This document shows positions 36,089-49,552 of a stretch of 62,000 nt of DNA, in pieces; position 1 is the stretch's first letter; each line of letters starts with the position of its first letter. Both the position numbers and the translations under genes were made by a program. Location: contig MU053881.1 of NCBI GenBank assembly GCA_013239625.1, positions 2,976,001 to 3,038,000 of the forward strand, given 5' to 3'. The DNA is from Lama guanicoe. Its lineage: Eukaryota. The notes beneath the pieces were generated by a model. The model saw only the letters and a program-made list of their open reading frames with translations. It was not told the origin of the DNA and searched no databases.

Positions 36089-37980
36089 AGCTTCTTGGCT
36101 ATATTGTTGGGAGCATTGATTCATTGAACAGGAACATGTATTCAAAGTGTCCAGCACACAGTAGGTGCTCAGTAAGCATACACATTGGGTGGAGCCAAGG
36201 AAAGGATTCTGAGGGGCACTGGGAAGTCTTGATTATAATATGGCCCCATGGCCCCATCTTGCAAGGCAGCCCCAGCCTCCCCTTCTCTGGGCACTTCCTC
36301 CTCCAGGCACCCAAGTGCCCTCTGTCCCCTTGTTCCCAGCACCTCCTGTTAGACAATCGCCATCAGTTTGCACGTCTGCCTTCCCCACAGTTCTCAGAGC
36401 TCCTGGAGGAGGGGGATGGGAAGGAGAGCTGGTGGAGGGGTGTTAGTCTGCTGCACCGGCCGTGAGCACAGGAAGGGCAAGGTCAAGAGGAAGGTAATCC
36501 ACATGTGTTCAGTTTCTACCAGGTATTCTGCGTACTTCATCTCATTTCTCACCAAAGCCTTGAAAGGCAGGTATCATGCCCCCATTTTGCTGATGAGAAA
36601 GTTGAGGCTGAGACAGAAGAGAGATGAGTCCGGAGTCACACGCAGCTGAACAGGAGGGGATCTGGACTCATACTCTGTGTTTGTAATCACTGAGCCATTC
36701 TAGTCTAAGGCAAAGAAGGAAGACCCCCCCTTGCCCTCCTCCTTCCCTATCCCCGGAGGCAACTGAGCCCTCGGACCTGATGGAGAGCCATCTCTGCAGT
36801 TGAAGTGCCCGTGTGTCCCTGCTGAGCCGGGACCTCAATCCTCTGGTGCTGCAGGGGACTGGTGGGGCGGGTGGGGAGGAGGAGGCTTGGGGACCCTGGA
36901 ATCTGCAGATCAGAAGTCGAGGTGTTGCCTGCAGCACGAGCAGACACGCAGTGGTTCCCTTCTTGGGTGGTCTCCACCTGTAGGTTCAGGCTGTGTGTTC
37001 TTGGCATGTGTCTCCGGTGTGGATGTGCCATCTGCAGGCAGGTTACTGCTCCCTGGGCGGGCCTCTGGGCATCACTGTGTTTGTACCCACATAAGCACGT
37101 GTGAGTGTTTGCACAAAGCGCACCTGTGCCGTTGTGGGTTCTGACCGAGCATCTGAGTGTTCGTATCCATGTACCATTTTGCATTTTGTGTGTGTGTGGG
37201 TTGTTCGGCCATGTGGGGGGCGGGATGTAGGGGAGGAGGCTGCCAGAGGGACAGGGACTCCCAGCAGCCACTGTGTGAGCACCCCCACCTTCTCCCTCAA
37301 GTGCCCTGCTTCTTAAATCATTGACTTAATGAAATGCAATACATTCCTCGTCTCTGCCTTCAAACAGTCCTGGCACCGCCTCTCTAGTTAGAGAGTTCTT
37401 GGGTTCGAATCCTTGCTCCACCATCTGCTGTGCGGGAGGCTGGTGAGTTACCTACTTTCTCAGGCCCCGGTTTCCTCTGTCAAACTGTGGTGATGTGACG
37501 ACCGGAGATGACACCTGTGTGCCCAGTGCAGAGGCGGCTCTTTGAACCGAACGTGCTATAGAAAGAAGTCTTGTCACACCACATGTAATCCCTCTTGCTT
37601 CCCCACGTGCGTGGAAGCAGGGAATATTTCTGCCACATCTTTGCAAGGCAGTCTCCTTGCTTCCTGGCCATGCTCATCCTTTTCTCTGGCACCAACTAAT
37701 GCAGAAGAGGCAAGACCGCCTCAGACCTGCTCTGTCTCAGAATAACTGCTCCCCCTTGGCTTTGGGACAATGCGGCTTGTGTGGCCTTTCTTGACTTAGC
37801 CCTGCCACGAATTGTGCCAGTTTTTCACCCTCCATGGAAGGCCAGACATGATGCTCTTAAACTGAAGACAGAGGCATCTCCTATTTTAAAATAAACGGGA
37901 CACACAGAATTGTTGAAGCGACAGGTTCGATAAATTAAGGTCTGGGTTTGTTTTGCAGATCTTATGACCATCTCAGGCAG

Positions 37981-38012
37981 GGGCCACCTGGTGGTGAAGT
38001 TGGACATTGCAA
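37981..38012 (-). promoter_or_regulatory. Candidate CTCF site with upstream (U) module
   Basis: Minus strand TTGCAATGTCC-AACTT-CACCACCAGGTGGCCC: core CCACCAGGTGGC plus a TGCAr-type upstream motif at about the expected spacing. Confidence 0.6.
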
Positions 38013-38079
38013 CCCAGCTCTAGTGGAGCCTGTTAAATCCCCAGGGAAAAAGATTTAGATTAAACTATGACTTTCGAAA

Positions 38080-39343
38080 ACACAAAACAAAACACCATAA
38101 GCCTCCTAGAAGAAAGCATAGGCAAAACCTTTTCTGAAATAAATCTTAGCAATGTTCTCCTACGGCAGTCTACCCAGACAATAGAAATAAAAGCAAAAAT
38201 AAACAAATGGGACCTAATTAAACTTACAAGCTTTTGCACAGCAAAGGAAACCATAAACAAAACAAAAAGACAATCTACGGAATGGGAGAAAATATTTGCA
38301 AATGGTGCAACTGACAAGGGCTTGATTTCCAGAATATATAAACAGCTCATACAACTTAATAACAACAACAAAAACGAACCCAATCCAAAAACAGGCAGGA
38401 GACCTAGACGAGCAGTTCTCCAATGAAGACATACAAGTGGCCAATAGGCACATGAAAAACTGCTCAATGTCACTAATTATCAGAGAAATGCATATAAAAA
38501 CTACAATGAGGTACCACCTCACACCAGTCAGAATGGCCATCATTCAAAAGTCCACAAATGACAAATGCTGGAGAGGCTGTGGAGAAAAGGGAACCCTCCT
38601 ACACTGTTGGTGGAAATGCACTTTGGTGCAGCCACTATGGAAAACAGTATGGAGATTCCTCAAGAAACTAAAAATAGACTTAACATATGATCCAACAATC
38701 CCACTTCCCAGCATATATCCAGAGGGAACTCTAATTCGAAAAGACACATGCACCCCAATATTCATAGCAGCACTTTACAATAGCCAAGACATGGAAACAA
38801 CCTAAATGTCCATTGACAGATGACTAGATAAAGAAGTGATGGTATATTTATACAATGGAAAACTACACAGCCATAAAAAGGAATGAAATAATACCACTTG
38901 CAGCAACATGGATAGACCCAGAGACTGTCATTCTATGTGAAGTAAGTCAGAAAGAGAAAGAAAAATACCATATGAGATCACTCATATGTGGAATCTAAAA
39001 AAAAAAAGACAAACTTATTTACAAAAGACATAAATGAACTTACTTACAAAACAGAAACAGACTCACAGACATAGAAAACAAACATTGGTATTGGGGGGAA
39101 AGAGGGTTGGGAGGGGTAAATTGTTGAGTTTGAGATTTGCAGATACTAACTATGATATATAAAATAGATAAACAACAAGTTTCTACTGTAAAGCACAGGG
39201 AACTATATCCAGTATCTTGTGACCTATAATGGGAATAAATATGAAAAGAAATATATGTATGTGTATGTATGATTGATACATGATGTACACTAGAAATTGA
39301 CACATTGTAAACTATACTTTAATTTAAAAAAATGGAAAAAAAA
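38080..39343 (+). mobile_element. 5'-truncated LINE-1 with degraded ORF2 C-terminus
   Basis: ORFs 38067-38426 ([22 protein letters not shown]...EWEKIFAN) and 38437-38805 ([13 protein letters not shown]...[18 protein letters not shown]) are the L1 ORF2 Cys-rich end. A tail at ~39325-39343. Confidence 0.95.
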
Positions 39344-41683
39344 TGTGCTTTTCGAGAGCTGCCACTGAGCCAAGCATTGCATTGGATTTGTCTCCATTGG
39401 TCTCATCCCTCTGGTCAGATAACAACCCTATTTTATAGGTGAAGCATCCAGCCTGCTCTGGGTCACTTCCTATTAACTGATTGCATCCAGACTTAAGTTG
39501 CAGTCTCCTGACTTCCTCTTTTAAAGAAATGGAATCCTATTTTCAGATGAATTTGATGTGGAAGGCAAATGGATACAGAGGTTAGAATGGAGCCATACTG
39601 GCTGGGGAAGTGGTGGCCCTGGAGAGCCCTGCACCCCTGAGGTGGCCCCAAGGTGTCTTGTGGAATGTTGCGGTTTCAAAGAACACAGCTGGAAAACCAT
39701 GTGACCCCAGCCACTGCCTCCAGAAGAAAGGCCTGGCTTTGCAGCCTGGAGACTGGCCTCGAAGGCCTGGGAAGTGTGAAGGTGGGTGACAAAAGAGGGG
39801 AGATGTGGAAAACGGATTTGCCAGGAGATGTCAGGGTGTCCCCAATCCCAGCAAAATTCCTGGGCCCGTGATTCAGTCCACTGTGGTCTCGTCCTCCGGT
39901 TTGAGAACATTGTTCTGACTTCTAGATGAATGAAAAGTAGGAGAAGCAAGAGAAACAGGAGTCACTTTATCACCTGGAAGAATTCTGAGGTGTGTCTAAA
40001 AAGCATGTTTACAAATTGCTTCCCAGCAAGTTCGCTGTCACTGGCTGTAATTATTTTGCTTGCTCTGTCCCCGTTCCCAGACCGTGAGGCATAAGGGATC
40101 AGGAAACTTTTCTGTCATGGTCAGTGTGGGCTCGCAGGGCCTGGTCCCGTGGCTGGCGCATAGTGGATGCTCTATGTAAACACTGGTGAGTGACCGAAAC
40201 AAAAGTGAACATTATTCCCATTTTATAGAGAAAGGAACCAAGGCTCAGAGGGGTTAAGGGGCTGCCCATGATTAACTGGCTGGTAGACAGCCAAGCCAAT
40301 TTGGATCCAGCTTTATTGTTAGCTGTGGAGCAGCAATGAATTGGATGAATTTATCCACCCACTCTCATCCTGCTGAGTCGATATGGAGGTAGACCAGTAA
40401 GCCACAAATCCACCTTCCAGCCTCCTGGTCTAGGTCCCATCAGTCTGTCTGCTGAATGGGGACACAAAGACACAATCTCTCTGGGGCCTGGGGAGGATTA
40501 ATCAGCAATTAGTGTGCAAAACATTTTCCAGACAAATGTTAAGTATTATTAGTATTTAAATTTAGTTTCATCTTCCCTTGCATCCCGACAAAAGGGAACA
40601 GATGGCCCTGGCTCCAGGTGGAGAGGGGGAGGGCGGGGCTGCTCTGCGCCAAGCTGGAAGTTTTCAGCGCTCTGCCTTCCAATTAGCCCCTGCCTGATGC
40701 AGGAGCCCCAGGCCATGCACTGCAGGTGGCGGGGAGGTCTTTCTTGTAAAAGCCAAGTGAAGGTCAGGAGAAAGCAGGGTTTGGGGTCTGAATTCCCCTT
40801 CCTAGCTGTGTGACGTTGACCAGATCAACGCCCCTCTCAAAACGTCAGATCAGGTTTGGAGTGGGGAGTAAATGAGACCCCATATGAGAAAGCGCTGGCC
40901 CCAGTACCCGGGGCCATGTAGGCACTCAATGAACCAGGGGCCTCTTCCCCTTGACTCCTTTAGGACCCTAAGCTTCAGCCTGGTGTCCCCTGGAGAGGTT
41001 TTCTGAGAATTGAAAAACCCAGGGACATGGAATCTTGTAAACCTGAACACAAGCCATTGTTCCACCACTTATGTGATCTCCTCCAGCCTGGACTTTATGT
41101 TCCTTATCTGTGAAATGGGCATGATGCTGGCACCCGCTCTACTGCCTTGCAGGGTGGAGATCAGCTGAGATGATGGCTTTGTAAACTCTAAAAGGTAGTA
41201 TAGATGGGAATGATTGCTACCATTTGCTTCCTGTTTTCTGCCCCAGATCTCTGTCTTTTGGGCTCTGGAGGACAGTAGTAGGAGGTAAGATGCTTGGACA
41301 AAATCTGTGTGTCACCACTCTGGCTGAACTCCAATTCTGGGCTCCATCTTTGCCTCTCCACCTGCCCCTATTCAGTTAAAAGACCAGAACCCAGAACATA
41401 AGTGATCACAAGTGGGCTCTGGATTCCTAGTTGCAGAGGCATGACCTGAACAAGAAAACCAGTGTAGCCAAGAAAGCTGTGTCAGTCAAGCTGTCCTTGG
41501 GGCTGGTGAGCGGAGGGACCAACGGGGCAGCCTGGTGATGAGAATGGACTTTGGAGTCAAGCAGACCAGGGTTCAAATCTAGAATCTGCATCTTCTTAAC
41601 TCTGGGGCCCTGGGGCCGGGCTTTTACCTGTCTAAGCCTCCATTTCCTGATCTGTAAAATGGGGATGACAATACCCTCCTAGA

Positions 41684-41800
41684 GGGGGAGGGTATAGATC
41701 AAGTGGTAGAGCGCATGCTTAGCATACATAAGGTCCTGGGTTCAACCCCCAGTACCTCCATAAATTTTTTTAAATAAATAAACCTAATTACCTCCCCTCT
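41684..41800 (+). mobile_element. tRNA-derived SINE (Vic-1-like, long form) inserted in a MIR
   Basis: GGGGGAGGGTATAGATCAAGTGGTAGAGCGCATGCTTAGCAT...GGTTCAACCCCCAGTACCTCC...AAACCTAATTACCTCCCC. Same 3' motif as the copy at 2.4 kb. Confidence 0.88.
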
Positions 41801-44800
41801 CTTCCAGATAGAAGGGTCACAGCAAGGATCAAATTAAATGAGAGAAAATATGGAACCCAAAGCCAGAATGCCTCCTAGGATGACTGTGAGCTTTCTCAAA
41901 GCAGTATAGAAAGGGAAAGAACTTCCAATTTGGTACCTTGTCTTGACCTACCACCGTTTTTACCTCCCTATTTTCCATGCCTCTTTGGATAACAACCCCT
42001 TACTATATTGTCTGGAGAACTACCATAGCCCTGCTGTCCACCTGAGTCTAGCCCATCGAACCACTGCATTTCCTTCTGGTTTAGGAAGGCCATGTGACCT
42101 AAACCAAGCCTATCGCAGTGAAGCCTAGGATTTTTGTGGGTGCTAAGAGGAGGGAGGTCCTGCCTTTCCAGTTGACTTGGAGCTGATGGACAAACACTTG
42201 GTGTTAATGGCTACATCTTGGGACCTGAATTCTTGTTTTGGCTGCACCAGGCTCTGACAACTGTAGTACAATTTAAATTTATGTGCTACGGTTTTGTGTT
42301 TCCACTTTAAAAAAAACCCAACAAATTGTCTGCAATCTGCTTGGAAGACATTAACATAATACAGTTAACTTTGAGTTTCCCTTAAAGTTGATACGCCCTG
42401 CTTAATTTTCAACTGCTCTCCGTCCACGGTGTCCCAAATCGACCCCAAGGTCCTGCCTCCTGGTCTTTGCCCGTGTTGTTGACCCTCCTTGGAACTCTCT
42501 CCCCTGACCTTGCCCTAGCTCACTCCACTGGGATCTCACTTCTGCAAATCTTTTTTTGACTTCCCAGGCTGAGCTAGCTGACCGTCCTGGCTACCCTCAA
42601 CCCCTGTGCTTCCCCTGACCCAGGCACGAATCATATTATGTTGAACTTGCCTATGTCTGACCCTGTCCCAGACTGTGAAGTCCTTGAGGGCAGACCCCAC
42701 GTCTCCTCAGTTCATTGTCAGATTCCAGCTCTGAGCACAGAGCTTGGCATGTGAGCCCTTGATAAACACTTGATGAGTGAATGAACATTTATTGCTATTC
42801 ATGACCACAACCCCGGCAAAAAAAAAAAAAAAAACAAAACCCACCTCTGTGTGTCAGCCTCTGAACAATTTATAAGCAGTGTTAATGTGCATTGTCGCAT
42901 CTGTGTCTTCCCAGTATTTCTCTGTAGTCAATGTCATTGCTGGATTTTATATTTGTGTGGACGCTGAGGCTCAGGGAACTTGCCAAGATACGGGAATGAC
43001 AAAGCTGGCATTCAAAAGCAGGGCTTCCTGACTCCAGGTCCACCGAGTCCCCTCCATGTCAATTACATGCCAAGATGCTGTTGGTTTGGAAAGTGTTTTA
43101 GGATTTACCCCTAAGTGAAATCTCGTGCTGAAACTGTGGCCAACAAGGGTACCCCAGGGAGAAGTGGTCCATGATGGAAACTGGAGCCAAGTGCCCTGCA
43201 GATGTCTGGGCTTCCAGGTGTGATGAGTCCACAACTTACCAGGAAGGGGAACCAGCTGCAGGAAAACAGGAGCAGGCAGCAGAGGGCACGCAGCAGCCCA
43301 GCCCGGGGTCTTGGGGGGGGGGCTTCCCTAGAAGGGGCTGGCTATGATGGGGCACGGTAGAGACAGTCCCCGCCAGTCTGGGGACCAGCTGGCTTTGGGT
43401 GTGGGATCAGCTATCCTCTTCTCAGCCTCCCATTCCCACCCTAGATCCCTGTTGCCAAACCTTTCCAGACCAACCCATGTAATGAATGTTAAACCAAGTC
43501 TTCTAGGGACCACGGGGTAGAATTTGGGCTTTGGGCTAGAAGCCTTATTCTATCACTTACCATCCCTTCCTGTTCCCCTTGGTCTGCCTAACTTTGACTC
43601 ATCTTCATGTCTCAGCTGAGATGTCCCCTCCACCAGGAAGCCTTCCTTCATTCTCCATGTTTTTTCCAACATGGCATCTCTCATGTGTCTCTACCACTTC
43701 CCACCTCCATGCTACTTTTCTTACAGAATTGAGCACCTTAGAGGCTCACAGTGTGTTTGTGTTTCTTGTCTATGATTCTTCGAGGGTGAGGACTGTGTGC
43801 TGTTCATCTCCACATCCTTAGTAGTCAATGTCTCTCATCGGTAAAATGAAAGTGGCAGTTCCTAATCACAGGGAGGATTGCGAGGATTCAGTCATAAATG
43901 AGATTTTTGAAAGCCTCCAAAATGCCTATGGGTGACATGCAATGTGGACTAGTCATTTTTTTCTTAGCTAATGTGATGGAGGGCTTACTGCAGGCAAGCA
44001 GATGCTGAGGGTTTCATGTGTGTAGCCTCACTGGGTCCTCCCATGTTTCCTTCTTTTGGTCTGAGCAGATGTGATTTCTGGGCAGAGATGCTTTCTTGGA
44101 AGGCATGGAAGACTAGAGGGTGCAGCTGTGTCCCTGAGTCCTCCCTCACAGCTCTGACCTCAAACCTGCTGGGTCCACATTGGCTCCTTAGAGGGGGGAT
44201 GTTCTCTCCCACTTTCTTTAAGCCTAAAGGTAAATAAGCTCCCGACTGCCTAGGGCCCTACTGCCCACTTAGCTGGCATTTCCAAAAGGAGCATAACTGA
44301 AAACCAGTAAAGAGATGAGCTGTAGGCAAAAGACCAGCAGAAACAGCAGTTCCCAAACCCATGTTCCTGGTCGTGCAGGCCATCAGCGGGGCCTGGCAGA
44401 AAGAACCCAGACTCCAGAGTCCCACACACCTGGCGTAACTCCACGCTGTGTGCAACCTCAAATAAGTCAGTTCATCTCTCTGAGCCTCAACTGTCTTGTC
44501 CAGAAATGGGGCCATCTGGACCTAACTTTCTGTGTGGTTGTGGGCACTCACACCCCGCATAGCAAGGCCCTCAATGAGCTTTCTTCCTCTTCCCGTATTT
44601 TCTCTTCCTTTACTACACTGAGCACAGGACCAGGCAGGTAGAAGATAAAGAGCTGTGGTTGGCTGAGTGCTAACTACTCCCATCTCCTGCTCTTAGAGAC
44701 GGAAACTATGCTCAATTCCCATCTGTATCTCCTGTACTACTTTCGGGGCCAGGTACCTTTTTGGTGCTGAGGACACATTTGCTGAAGGCATGAGTAAATT

Positions 44801-47800
44801 CCATTTGGTAATACAACAGGAGCACAGATAAGAGACACAGAAGGAAGACTAAGCAGAGGGTTAGGGTAGACCAAGAGGGAGCTGGATCTTGCTAGAACGA
44901 AGAATCAGGAAGTAGATAAAATGCTTTTGCATAATCTGTGCATCCAGTTGGCATGCCCTTTCTCTTCAGTGTATGACATACTTACTGACACACCACATTG
45001 CCTCTCTTAAATCCCAACTTAAATGTCACTCCTCACTAGCTTTGTTCAGCCCTCTGGGCTGAATCAGTTGCTGTTCTTTCTGTGCAGAATCCTTCGGAAA
45101 TCTGTTCATACCTCAAGTAGGCACATCTACCCTTAGGTCATAGCTTTTGGTTTACCTGCCTCCTCTAGACCCTTTGAGGGCAGACACCATCCATTCTCTC
45201 TCTCTGGATCTCTGTGAGTCCAGGGGTCAGGAGCCAGCAGGCTCAGCTTATGCTTTCCCCACCAGCAAAGGTGTGTTGTGCTGGTGAGTGTTCTACTCAG
45301 AGCCTAGAACAGATGCACTTATGCCTGGACCCCTCCTCCTTCTCGGCGGCCAACTCAACCCCTAGCGGGGATGATGGGCTGATCTGGCCATTACTTGCAG
45401 GGAAGCAGCGAGGGAGCAGCTGTTGACCTTGGAAATGGAGCTTGTATAGGGTGACTGGCACCAAGAAGCAAACCAGGTTCTAATCTTCTCTGCTGCTGCC
45501 TAACCTTAGGCAAAGTCCTGTCCCCTTTCTGGGCTTCAATCTTTCCTTCTGTGACATGAGGAATGGAAAGTGAAGGGCCTGAGCTCTAGAGACAACTAAT
45601 GTTCTTCCTGCATCTAAAACTGTGTACATTTATCTCCTGGGCTTCCTGGAGACTGACACACATAAACACTCATGTGTATACACACCTACACACAGAAACA
45701 GACACAGCCTACCCAGACACACACACACACACAGATTCACTTCAACATACTGACTTTCAGAATCACAAAGAAACCCACGTACCTAAACATCACACTTGCA
45801 CGGGATATGGAGCCACTTGCGTTGCTGCAGACACGTATCGCTCCCAGATACACAAGGCTCGACTTTACAATACTCAGCAGATACACGGCCTCACTGACAC
45901 CCACAAGAGTGAGTATGAGCGCACACATTCCCTCTGGGGATCTGGTGGGGGGGATGCTTTGAATTCGACACACATCTCCCTTCTGTCAGGGGACATGTGC
46001 CCCTGCCCTCTCTCCCAGGTCGGGGGGCTGCTGGCCTCTTGGCTGAGCGGTGAGCAGAGTGAACGCCGCCCTCCACCCAAGGGGTGAGGATGGGGCTGGG
46101 GACGCATCTCCTGGGTTACTGCCTGCGGATGCAGTTTTTAAAAATAGCTGCCTGCTGTTTCCAGGAAAACTCGGGGGAATGAGGACTCTAGAGATTGGAT
46201 GTGGCTTGTTCTCTGCCTGCCTGTGGTGCTGTGTGCAAGGGTGCCCCCAAGAGACCACCCACCAGCATGCCGCCCAGTCTCCCTGGTCATGCACGGCGGC
46301 CTTGGCAAAGGGGCCGAGGCTGAGGATGTCTGGCTGGCAGGGGCGGGGTGTGCTTCAGCGCTAAACCGTCCCCTCCTGGAGGAAGGCTGCTGACTCAGTG
46401 AACCTGGATGGGGACATCATGCACCTGCTGCAGGCAGCGTGACGTTGCTGTCTGTACCCGGGCTCTGCCCGCTCCCTGGCTTTGTAACCTGGGGCAAATT
46501 GCTTTATGTTCCCTGAGTGGCAGTGTTTTCAACAGGAAAATGGGGCGAATCACCTGTCTCAAAATTAAGCCACAGAATGTAGGTCCAGTCATCTCTCCCC
46601 TGCTTGGCTGCTCCCCTCCCGGGGTTGGGGGATAGGTCTGGCTCATGTGGGCATCCCCAGGCCTGCTCCCACTTCTTGTCCCTCTTCCCAGTCTCCTCTG
46701 CTCACGTTGCTTCTCTCCAGATAACAGGGCATCACATATTCTGCCTGCAGAACCCCAGAGAGCACGGCGGGGAATACGGCCATGTCAGGGGGTCACAGGC
46801 ACCACTAGGCTGTGACCTGGGACTGGCTCAGTAGTTAGATGGTGCAGAAATCAGGCTTCACTGTGTCCCGGGGGAAGGGAAGCTGGTGGCTGGTGGTGCC
46901 CAGGGCTGATAAGCTGGTCACCTGCTGAACCTGGAAACCTGGTAGTGGCTGGCCCTGGGCTAAGTCTCTGTGAGAGCTGGGTGGTCTCCATCAGAGTGTT
47001 AAGGGTCTGGGCCTCATCCCCGGCTCTGTGCCTTCCTGACTGTGTGCCCCTGGGTATGAGGTACAGCCTCTGGTTTACAGGAAGACCCCTATTGTCCACG
47101 TCTTAGGCTGTGGAAAATGCTTGTCAGCCTGTATAAGGCCAGAAGGTATCATCCCCACCCAGATGGAGACCCGGGAGCGAGGAGACTTTGGGCAGTGGAG
47201 TCCTAGAATGTTAGTGCTGGAGGGACTGAGTTGGCCCAGAGAAGGCAAGTGGCTTCTCCAAAAGGCCCAGCAGAATTCAGAAGGCAGGTGTTGCTCCAGG
47301 CCCACTTAATGGCCAACACTGACAGAGGGATTTGAGGCTCTGGTCTGGCTCTGGCCAACTCTCCTGGCAAAGGGGCATCCTTCTAGGAGGGGCTGAGGCT
47401 TCCTTCCAGAAGGTGAGCTTATGAGCACCCCTGGGGAGGCAGCGTGGTGTGGGGCAGCTGGGCCTCATCCCGTGCCGTCTCCACTGCTTCTCCGCTGGCC
47501 TCTGATAATCACCAGCTTCTCTAAGCCTCAGATCCCCAACAAGCTAGGAATGGTAATGCCTCCCTTGCGGAGCTGTTGTGAACATCAAATGAAGCCTTAA
47601 GGCCACTCTTGAAGAGGTGGAATGAACTTCTCATCTCCCTGGTGCTGGTTTCTGCATCAGCTTCTGCTGCCCTTCACCACCCTCATAGGGCGAGGCCAAT
47701 TCCCAAGACTCTGTGGATTGACAGCCAGTCCTGGGGCAGAGAGACGACGTGGTGCAGAGGCCAAGTCAGGCGTGTAGGGGACGCATCCCGCCCCAGTGGC

Positions 47801-48989
47801 TGGTTCGCTCCCCCAGACCTGCTGGTCCCCATGACTGTGAACCACAGCATCTCTAGGAACAGGAGGGGCCTCACACCTGTAGGGTTGCTGGGCTGCTTTT
47901 CGCAGGCACTAGGGGCCTTGGAATATGCATCGGACAGAAATCACGTGAGTCTGCAGAGGCAGGTGTGAATACCTGAGATGAGACATTTAGAAGAGGAAGA
48001 AGCTGCTGGGTTATCTAAGTCACTGAGGCTCAGAGAGGGGCTAGGCCTCACCCAAGTCTACACAGCAAGACAATGACTGAGGCAGAACTCAACCCATGGT
48101 GCAGGAATCTCCTGGCCGGAAGAGGCTGAGATCACTCTGTCCAGCTTCCCATTCGAGAGTCCTACTTACAAGTCTCCAGGGACGAGGAGCTCACTGCCTT
48201 ATAAGGGAGCTTATTCATTTTGTAATAGCTCTGGTCCTTAGATATTTTCTCATTCACATTGAGCTAAAAATTTATTCCCAGTCACTCCAACCTCTTCCCT
48301 CAGGATCAACATGCATTGCTTGTCAATAGAGACCACAGGCCACCGGTCTTCTGTGGTCTGGACTCCAGTTTTGCTCCTTTCCTGATAGAACAGGCTGTGA
48401 TGGGACCACCACACCTTCCCAGGGCTCAGGTCCAGATTTTCAAAGAATAAATCATGGAAACACCAAAGGCTGCCTCAGTAAGGATGTTCAATAAATCCAA
48501 GAACAATTAGATGTTTTTATTAGTGAAGACAAAATTGACTCAGAAGTAGAAGGGGAATTTTAAAGGCCTTTTCAATTTGTGATTTCCAGGTGAGGCAGTT
48601 AATCCAAAAGCAAATAAAAGCATCCAAGTGCCAGAAAAAAATATGCAGTGAAATGCAATTTTTGGAGGGTAAATCTGACTCCACTAAGTGATCAGAGACT
48701 TATACCTAAAATAGACTGGGAGCTCCTTGGGGAAGAGTCTGGGTCTTTCCATCATGCATGGCAGCCAGAGCTGGCCAGGGCACAAAGGTGGGCAATGATT
48801 ACATGAATGAATGGTTTCAGTTTGTTGTTATTTCGAATGTGAAAAGGTCAAGTGCATCTCCCCGCTCATTCATCTCCTGGACCTTAGAGATGTGTTGAAC
48901 AGCCCTGGGAGGAAGACCACAACATGGATGCCAAACTCTGGAAGGTATGGGTGCCCTTCTGGATAGCTCCAGGCTGCTGGGGCAAGGAA

Positions 48990-49552
48990 ATCAAGAGCAT
49001 AACTGGTGGTTTTGCATTCTAAGCATTCATTTCCCTTTCTTTCGGTGAGGCACACCCCACTTCCTTTGGGGAAACTGCTCTTCCCCCAAGCTCCTCGCCT
49101 GTGGTTTAGGTGGGCTGAGCCCCCAGCCTGAGGCTCCAGGAGACAGCACGTGACCAGGGTTTGGCTAATCAGTGCAGCCCATCCCTCTGGGCTATGGTGA
49201 TTTGTTCAGGGATGGGCATGTGACCCATGAGAGGCCAATGAGACCCAGTTCTGCTGCTTTTGCTGGGGCTGTTGCAGAGCCCCCATTGGTGGTGGGTTGC
49301 TAAGCTAGTGGGATCGGAGTCTGGAGCTGCAGGGGCCAGAGTTTGCCTGAACATGAAGCGAACACAGAGGAAAGCAGAGCCAAGACGTGGAGAACTGAGA
49401 TCTGCTCTCATCATTTAAGTTGCCTGATCCAGCTGTGGTGCGAACCGGTCATCCCTTGAACTTCTCATCACCTGTGCCAATAAACTGTCCCTTTTGCTGA
49501 AGTCACTTTGAACTGAGTTTCGTCCACTTGCAACTGGAAGTGTGTTGACCAG
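48990..49552 (+). mobile_element. MaLR (MLT1-type) solo LTR
   Basis: CACGTGACCAGG, GGCTAATCAG, GGCCAATGAGA, GCAGAGCCAAGA, GATCCAGCTG, CCAATAAA and CACTTGCAAC in the expected order. Confidence 0.7.

Noticed and set aside
38067..38805. ORFs with a Cys-rich motif that look like a real protein
   Set aside because: They are fragments of LINE-1 ORF2, frameshifted and 5'-truncated; not a host gene or an active element.
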